Below are positions 56,364-64,000 of a DNA stretch of 64,000 nucleotides, in pieces. The translations under genes and the position numbers were made by a program. Positions within the stretch are counted from its first letter, which is position 1; each line of letters opens with the position of its first letter. The stretch spans positions 408,594 through 472,593 of the forward strand of contig LSRY02000060.1 of the NCBI GenBank assembly GCA_001643675.2, read 5' to 3'. The DNA is from Monocercomonoides exilis PA203. Lineage: Eukaryota > Protista > Preaxostyla. Below the pieces are notes generated by a model. The model was not told the DNA's origin. It was given only the letters and a program-made list of their open reading frames with translations, and did not search any database.

Positions 56364-58711
56364 TTAATTTTCTAAATATTTTTCCAAATACCCTTTGCAT
56401 TCAAACATTTGATTCCATATGAGGAATATCTCATCAATTGCATCTGAAACAAGCTTTGGATCATATTTTCCATCTCTTTCTAAAAGAAAAGATTTGCGTT
56501 TTTTGGTCTCTGAATCAATGTCCTCCATCGCAACAACGAACCTCGCAAGCATCCTCTTATTCTCATCATTTTGACTCAAATGCAAGAAATTCTGTTGTTT
56601 TTCTTGCCATTTGGCTTCGCTCCTCGACAATGAAGACTCCATCCCTGCTTGTCTACTCGCTGATGCGCTGAGTGCAGATGGAGTCGCTGAAGACGATTGA
56701 AACATTGAAGAAGATGGAGAAAATTGTTCAAAATTTCCTTTTCTAACTTCTTCGACATATTCTTTTGGAATATGAAAACAAGAGAAGAGATACATTTGTT
56801 CGATGATTTTATTATTATTTTCCCATTGTTCATCGCATTCCCTGCAAAACTCTAAACATTTTTGCAACCTTGAACTCCTGTTGATCCATTTCTCCTCCTC
56901 ATTTTTCAAATATTCTATCCGCTCCTCCATATCCCTCTTCTTTTTTTCATTTGTGTTTATCTCATCCTTTTTCCTGTCGTTACGTTTTTGGACCATATCT
57001 AATTCTCTTTTCAATGTATCAATACTTATTCCACATTCCTCTTTTCTGTTTTCGCACTCTTTCACTTTGATCTGATATTCTTGTATCTTCTGTCTATTTG
57101 AAGGAATATCACGCTTTGGGGCAAACAGATCAATTTTCCCTTCACAGACACTTGAATCGTTTAAAAATGCTGTTGGAATTCCTAATCCCACCACAGCTCC
57201 AACAACATTAAGAGCATGCCTTAATGCTTTTGGTGCTTTGAAAACTCCTCTCAAGACCCCATCTTTGATGCAAACTTCTTGTTCTTCCTTGTCGTTGTAT
57301 GTGTATTTATTTCCAGCAGTGAAAAAGCAAGTGGCATTTGGAACATTGATTGGTCTCTCTATGACAACTTCATTTGATGCATAATTGTCAAATTCACAGA
57401 ATTCAATTGTGTCAAATTTCACGGTTTCAGGTTGATCTAGTTCATTGATCCTTTTTTGATATTCGACAACATCATCATTGCATTGCCTGATAGTGTTTTC
57501 TTGATTTTTGATTTTTGTTTCGATTGATTCTTCTGATTCAAAAGTGATGTTTCTCAGCTTATCCTCCAATTCCTCAACATCGTCGCTCACTTCTGAATAC
57601 AACTTTTCCGAATCTTTTGCAAAATCCTTGCACGCCTCTATTATCTCTTGAAGCATATTCGGCACTTGAACTCTCCCCCTCTTGGCTAATACAAGCCAAT
57701 ATAGCTTGCTCGCCATCGATGATGCAGAGTCCATAAACCAGTAATAAGATGGTGTGCATCGGTCAAGATTGACATCATTGGGACTCTTATAGTTATTTAA
57801 ATTTTTAATCTCGTCTTTAATTGGTTCCTCAGATCCGTCGAGTGTCGGATCATAGTATATTAGTCTGCCATTAGCGTGAGCCTTCTTCCACACAAGAAGT
57901 GTCTGAAGTTGATTCAAGCTTCTCCTGATTTCCTCTCCTTGCACACCTGTTGCTCCTTTCGCTTTTTGCAGAAGAATTCCAATTATTTGTTCGAGAGATT
58001 GTGCTGCTTTAATTTCCGGAAACTTCTTTTCGATTTTATCCACTGTTGTTTTTCCAGTTCTGTAAATTTTCCAATCAAACTTCCTTGAACCTTCTCTATA
58101 ATTTCTGATGTTTCCTTTTGCTGAATTTTCATTTTATGCAGCCAAAGTTCCTTGCATTTGTTGGCAACGAACACAACTGGAAACTCCTTGTTTTTGCATA
58201 TCTGGTTAATGAACATCATATCATCATATGCATTTGTCAAATTGTAGTAGTTTTCATATTGAGAAATATACGCAATCATCACTTTTGATGCATTTCTCTG
58301 GAAAAACTGTAATAAAAGCATACTGACAACTTCTTCTTTGACATCCACCTCTGATCCAAGAAAGCCTCGAGTATCTAACAAGATAACCTTTTCATTTAAT
58401 CCATATGATTCTGGAATGATGGTCTCTGGCTCAATTCCTTTTCCCATTTTAGCCATATCCTCCACTTTTGTTTTCACTACCAAATCTCCATTGTCATCCT
58501 CTTCCATTTCCACTCCGCGTAATTTGTTTATCATGGTACTTTTTCCAACCTGGCTCCTTCCAAGAACGATCGCCATGTTTTTGCCTGATCCGCAATTGCA
58601 ACATCTCTTGTAAAACTCTTTCAAAATATACAAGAAGTCTTCTTGCGAGAACTTCACCTTCCCTCCATTCGCTTTCTCATCTGCCATATGATCTATAAGA
58701 GACATTTTCAA
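56364..58711 (-). CDS. TRAFAC-class P-loop GTPase with long coiled-coil C-terminus (~780 aa if one frameshift is corrected)
   Basis: G1 GRSQVGKS, G3 DTRG and G4-like NKC in 57983-58711. Adding one A to the A5 run at ~58049-58053 joins it in frame to the 559-aa coiled-coil ORF 56364-58043. Confidence 0.8.
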
Positions 58712-61700
58712 TGACTAACTCAAATATTTATTCACTCCCATATTACTGTTTGAATGGATTCTTTTATTTTGGGCGTTAAGAATTAATCCAGTCCCATTGC
58801 AAAATCCGTAATTCTTGCAGAAAAAGCAGCAGTCAGAGAATATGCACAATGCAATGTTCATAACACCCGCATTGATTTCAATGAGAGAAGAAGTATCATT
58901 TTTGAAAGCTCGTTGAAACACAGAAATTGGAGCAAGATCGAGTATGGAACATGTTTCGGCACTCTTTGAGCTCCATCATCAGCTTGAGAAGACTGTTCCA
59001 CAAATCAAGTCCATTTAATTATTGTCAATCAGACAGAAAAAACTGTTATTCATTGCTCTTTTAACACAAAAAAAGGAGATATCCTTCCTTTATGCAGACA
59101 TGTGAATATTTAGCGAATAACGTTTATGTGAATATTAAAAACGAGCAGCATCAACGGAGATAATGGATACAAATGCACTTTTATAATGTATTGAAGAAAT
59201 ACAAAGGATGTGGAAATTTGTATTTAAAAATAAATAGCAAAAGAAAAATATAATCCAAAGATGAAAAGAAAATGATGTTTTAACAGAATGAGCCTTGAAT
59301 GGAAGAGCAATAATCATTTCTGGTTTGTCATCATTCTCTCTATTGATTTCAAATTGCAATTTCAATCGTTGGTGCACTGGCAAAGAAGTCATTTTCTGTT
59401 TGTTGTGACATCTATCAGTTGATTTATCGTCTTCAGTTGGCGAATTGTAATGGGAAATGAACACATAAAGGAGGGGATATTCCGACAAGATAACTCCATT
59501 GTGCGCGAAGATAAGGTGATGCGAACCCAATGATTATGAGGCAAGAAATGCTGGAGGATCTTCATCTCTGAATGATTTTGAAGCGTCACGATCAGGACAT
59601 GTGGGAGCAGAAAAGAAAGAAGGCAATAATCAGTGACAGCTCAACTGCAATCCCATTTTGTGTCCAATGACAAATTCTGGCGCCAGAAAGATGATTTGCC
59701 AAAGTGTTCCAGCAGCATTCACAGCTGTGGCTATTCACTTTCTCCTTTTTCATTGCTCAGCATCTGCAAGGCAAGGAGGATTGAATATGGAGCCAGATAA
59801 GCAAACATCTCTCTGCGACAGACTTGGTGTACATTCTATTTTCTTTTGCAGTGACGATGGTTGGCCAACCATCCCTTCGATCGTTGTGTGCACCTGAATG
59901 AAAGGTACAAACATTTTGAATAAAGTGATTTGTTCCAGAAGGAGCACATCTCAGATTCCGATGAAATGGGAGCGAAGCTTTCATTGGAATAGAGTTCTTC
60001 AGGAAATACAAAAAGAAGGGGCAGATAGCGCATAAAGGAGAAGAGAGATCGGCATGAGCAGAGGATTACGGGAATGCCACGAAGGAGATTCGTTTGAAGA
60101 GCGAGTCAGGGTCATGCCTGGGCGTGGCAGTGGTAGTGGCGAGCATGAAACAGGTGGCGTCGATAACTACAATACTCGGCAGGAGGCGCGGAGGCGAAGA
60201 AGAAAACAGCTAGTGCTGGGAGAGAAGAAGATGAAAGTTGTGGAGAGAGGAAGGACGATGAGCATGATTGAGACGAACTCGCTTTCTTCGTCTTCAGTAA
60301 CACTATTCGGCGTGTCGTGCTGGCCGATTGATGCGCTGCACCTGGAGAGCGATCGAGGAGCAACAAGAAGCCCATCGCCGAGTGTACTTCCAGTGTCACT
60401 GGAAGAAGCAGCGATTAGATGAGATGCCGAGGGAGGCGCATGCGATGGAATCGTTAATACGCTTGATGCCTCTTTCACAGCCCGAAACAAGCAACAATGT
60501 GACAAAAAACGCAATGACAGAAATCAAAGAAAATATGATCATTTGAAAGCCATTGATTTCTTAGCCTGATTTGTCCATCGCTTTATCGCCTTCTTCGTCA
60601 GCACCAGAGCTCGGAAAGAGTGTCCTCTAGAGCGCAGCAATTCGGAGCATGAAGAGGGAAGCATGAGAAATTTCGATGGCATTGATAGAGGTTGAAGCAG
60701 AAGAGAGGCATCTGTGGGCGCGGAACTTGACGGCAAAAGAGGATGATGAGCGAGAGAAGGAAGGGTGGAGAACACAAAAACAAGTCTGAACTGGCATGCA
60801 GATGTTGTTGCGAATGGATTATGCGTGCTGAAGAGATGAATTCAGAGGATTTTGGGGGATTTCTCGAGTCAGGTATTGTTTTCGCCATTGCCTTTTGCAA
60901 AAACAGAATTCGGGGCTGAATTGTTGTTCCCTGCAACAAAGGCAAAGCATCTTTCTTTAATTTTTCTGGTTTTCTATTTTTAATTGAAGGAAAGACAGTC
61001 CAAAAACAAAATTTGTTTGTTCATTCAAGGAATTTTCATTGAAATGGAGCAAACAGTTATCAAAAGCATTCACACCAACCGCTGACTTGTATTCTCGTTG
61101 CTCATGCAAGCTTGCACAAGTGCTGCAATCATCTCCAAAAGCCAAGAGACGAACGTTCATTGGCCAATCAAAACAATGTCTGCTTCCAAGTTCAGAGAAA
61201 TTCAAATGGGGCGCCTTGCTATGTCTGTCAAATTGTTGATTAGAGTCTTCCATTGTTCCAAAGTGTTTTGCAATTGTTTTCGATCATTTGATTTTTCGCT
61301 TCCATTTTCGGTGCTCATCTGCCCACACGAGAAATCAGCAATTGGGAGGCAAACATGCATGTTATCTGAGCAGTTTATTTCAGGATCAAAATAAGCGCCC
61401 ATATCAAAATTTTTAGCCAGATTTGATCTGATTAATTATTTGCAAAAATAGAAAGAAAGGAAAAAAAGTTGATGTTGGCAGCAAACAACCGACATAACAT
61501 TTAAAAATGCTCAAGCGTGAGGGGAAGCAGAATGGAAGCGGGCAGAGGGGCAGAGGGGCAGAGGGGCAGGAGCAGCAGCTGTGAATTGGGTTGAACATGC
61601 AAAAGGGAGGGATGTGACACCTGAATTGGCGCCAAAAACGGAAGGGCAATGGCCCCTCGCACAGGATCCGTTGGATTGAAGCGCAGCTGTTCACAGCGTG

Positions 61701-63399
61701 TGCTTTATGATTTCATGCCGAAGGATGCAGATGGATTGATGGACAAGAGCTGCAAAGCAGAGAAGATTTGCTGGAGCAGAGCTGCCAGGATGATGGGAAA
61801 CAAACAGTTCAAATATTTATGGCACGCATTTCTTGAAGACAAAAACTCCATTCGATGAAGCCGTTGAGGCATTCGAATGAACTGATTTATTTTCATGTTC
61901 TGCAGGATCATATTTATTTTTAATTTTTAATTTTTATTTTTTTTATTTTTGTTCGAAAAACACAAGTATCTCATAATTTTCGCAGTTTCTGGCTCCGCTT
62001 GATGTTTTTATTTGGCCAGTTTATTTTATTGCAGTTTCCGATGCCTCACGTTCTTGTTTCTGATATGATTTTTTATTGCAAATAAAACACATCAACAAAA
62101 TAATCTTTTATGCTTTTCTTTTTTATGTTACTTGCAAATAAACAAACAGGAGCTGATTGATCCGAGGCTTAGAAATGAAGAAGCGCATGGAGCAATGGAA
62201 AGTATTTGAACCTCTTCATTGGATATCAAAAGGAAACGAATGAAGATAATTCAAGAATCATCTGCTTTTTTGAGTGGAATGATCAGAATCGAAGCAATTT
62301 CCTTTTGCAGACTGTGCAGGATAAAGGCGTTGTGCAGGTGTTGGATGTGGGCAGAATTTTTGAAAAATGGTTTTTGTTTTGTGCCGAAAGGGACAGAATT
62401 GAAAGGAAAGCATGCGCCTCACTTTCTTTGCAGAAAACTCGGAAAATTGAAGTGTTTTTGGAGGGAAGACTCCAGAAATTGATTATTGACAAATTCACCT
62501 CAAAAATTGTTGGATTTTGAAGAAGCAAATGGAAATGGTGGATTTGTGGAGATTCGGAGGAGGAGACATTTGGCTGCATCGCGAGGTGACTTTGAAGGCT
62601 GATTTCAAGTATGTCTTGATGGTTTGCTGCTATTTTGTTTTATTAATGTATTTCTGAGATATTCATCGATGTAAATGGATAATTTTAGGAGGAAGGAGAA
62701 ATTGGGTTGTTTCAGAGAGATCAAAAACATTTACAATGAAAAAGATGAAGATGAGGAAGGAGGAGGAGGTGGAGGAAGAAGGGAAATGAAGATGATAATG
62801 TTGAATTGCTTTGTGGAATATCACTGCTTGAAGAAACTGGATGTGCTTCTGCTTGTTTTTGTTCTTATTTTGTTGATGTTGATGCTTTCGCTATCTTATT
62901 TGTGCCCTTTTCAACATTTTCCACTGAATTTTCGACTTTTTGTTCTTTTGTTGTTCTTTTCTGTATTTTTATCTCTGTTTTCTTGTTGAGGTTTGATAGT
63001 GTTTATCTTTTTGCTCTTCCCTGTGTCTCCGATTGACAGCGCATTTTCGTGTTTGCTCGATTTCTTCAACCGCTGCCTCTTCTTCTTTTTCCTTTTCTTG
63101 TTCTTGTTCTTTTTCCTCATCATTTTCATCTTCTTCTAACTCCAGGAAGGCATCTTCGTTGTCTAAAACTATCAGCTCTTGCTCCTCTTCCTCTCCTCTT
63201 CCTCTATCTCATCATCATCATCCTCCTCTTCCTCTTTCTCACTTTCTTCCTTTTTTGTTCTGTCTATCTTTTCCTCTTCTTCTTCTGCTTTTTCCTCCTT
63301 CTCCTCCTCCAACATCCTATTAGCCTCTCCTGACTGCTCTTCTTCTCTCTCGCCGACGCTCCTCGTCCGCATGATGCATCTGCTGCTGACGCTTTTGAG

Positions 63400-64000
63400 G
63401 AAACTGAGATGAAGCATGCGATGGACGACTCGTATTTGCTGCTGCAGAAGGCGGCAGAGATCGAAGAAGTGAGGAACAATAACAGCAGCAGCAGCAGTGG
63501 AGGAAGAGGAGGAGGAACAGGCAGAGGAGCCAGTATAAAGAGGAAGAATGCGAAGAAAGAGAAGAGAAGAGAAGAAGAGGCAAAACAAGGAGAAGAAGAA
63601 GAAGATGATGATGGAGAAGAAGAAGCATAAACAAAGAAGAAGAAGAAGAAGAAGAAGAAGAAAGCTGATATGAATAAATTTTATTATTGTTATTTTTATT
63701 ATTGGAAGAAGACAAAGAAGAAGAAGAATACGAAAAATAATAAAATTTATTCATATCAGCTTTCTTCTTCTTCTTCTTCTTCTTTGTTTATGCTTCTTCT
63801 TCTCCATCATCATCTTCTTCTTCTTCTCCTTGTTTTGCCTCTCTTCTTCTTCTCTTCTCTTTCTTCGCATTCTTCCTCTTTATACTCTCTGCCTCCTCCT
63901 CTTCCTCCACTGCTGCTGCTGCTATTGTTCCTCACTTCTTCGATCTCTGCCGCCTGCAGCAGCGCGCCGAGTCGTCCATCGCATGCTTCATCTCAGTTTC
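63400..64000. repeat. Fold-back inverted repeat (63400-63688 / 63736-64000+), 47-bp spacer
   Basis: The right arm is the reverse complement of the left arm with several short deletions and runs to the window edge. Confidence 0.9.

Noticed and set aside
56364-58711. Calling the GTPase a mitofusin or dynamin orthologue
   Set aside because: Only a general architectural resemblance; family-specific motifs were not recognised and G4 is atypical.
59100-62600. Many short overlapping ORFs, with a possible LRR-like remnant near 62200-62580
   Set aside because: Too degraded to assign a strand or family with support.

Overview
AT-rich eukaryotic DNA, dense in repeats and pseudogenes. The low-complexity genes, the large Cys/Gly surface-protein family and the DIRS element resemble the oxymonad Monocercomonoides (inference, not verified). 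Main contents: (1) a decayed pogo/Tigger-type DDE_1 transposase (~1.6-2.6 kb). (2) A 15.7-kb near-perfect palindrome (arms 3374-9779 and 12696-19101). Its centre is a ~4.5-kb element with ~790-bp inverted ends, terminal fold-backs, a small basic ORF in each end and an AEP/Prim-Pol + SF3 (D5-like) helicase gene; the element interrupts a Merlin/ISXO2-like transposase. (3) A ~9.5-kb unit bounded by ~560-bp inverted repeats (24033-33490). It carries a 3.4-kb (TCA)n array, a USP/C19 protease domain, a Sola-type DDD transposase and, 4 nt after the transposase stop, a compact G.U-rich multi-stem RNA structure (31961-32098). (4) Two MITE families, a decayed DIRS-type retrotransposon (39.2-43.6 kb), several surface-protein pseudogenes, a P-loop GTPase/coiled-coil gene (56.4-58.7 kb), microsatellites and a terminal fold-back that may be artefactual. 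The best candidates for undescribed systems are the Sola-USP transposon with its 3' structured RNA and the hairpin-ended primase-helicase element. All alignments and folds were done by eye.
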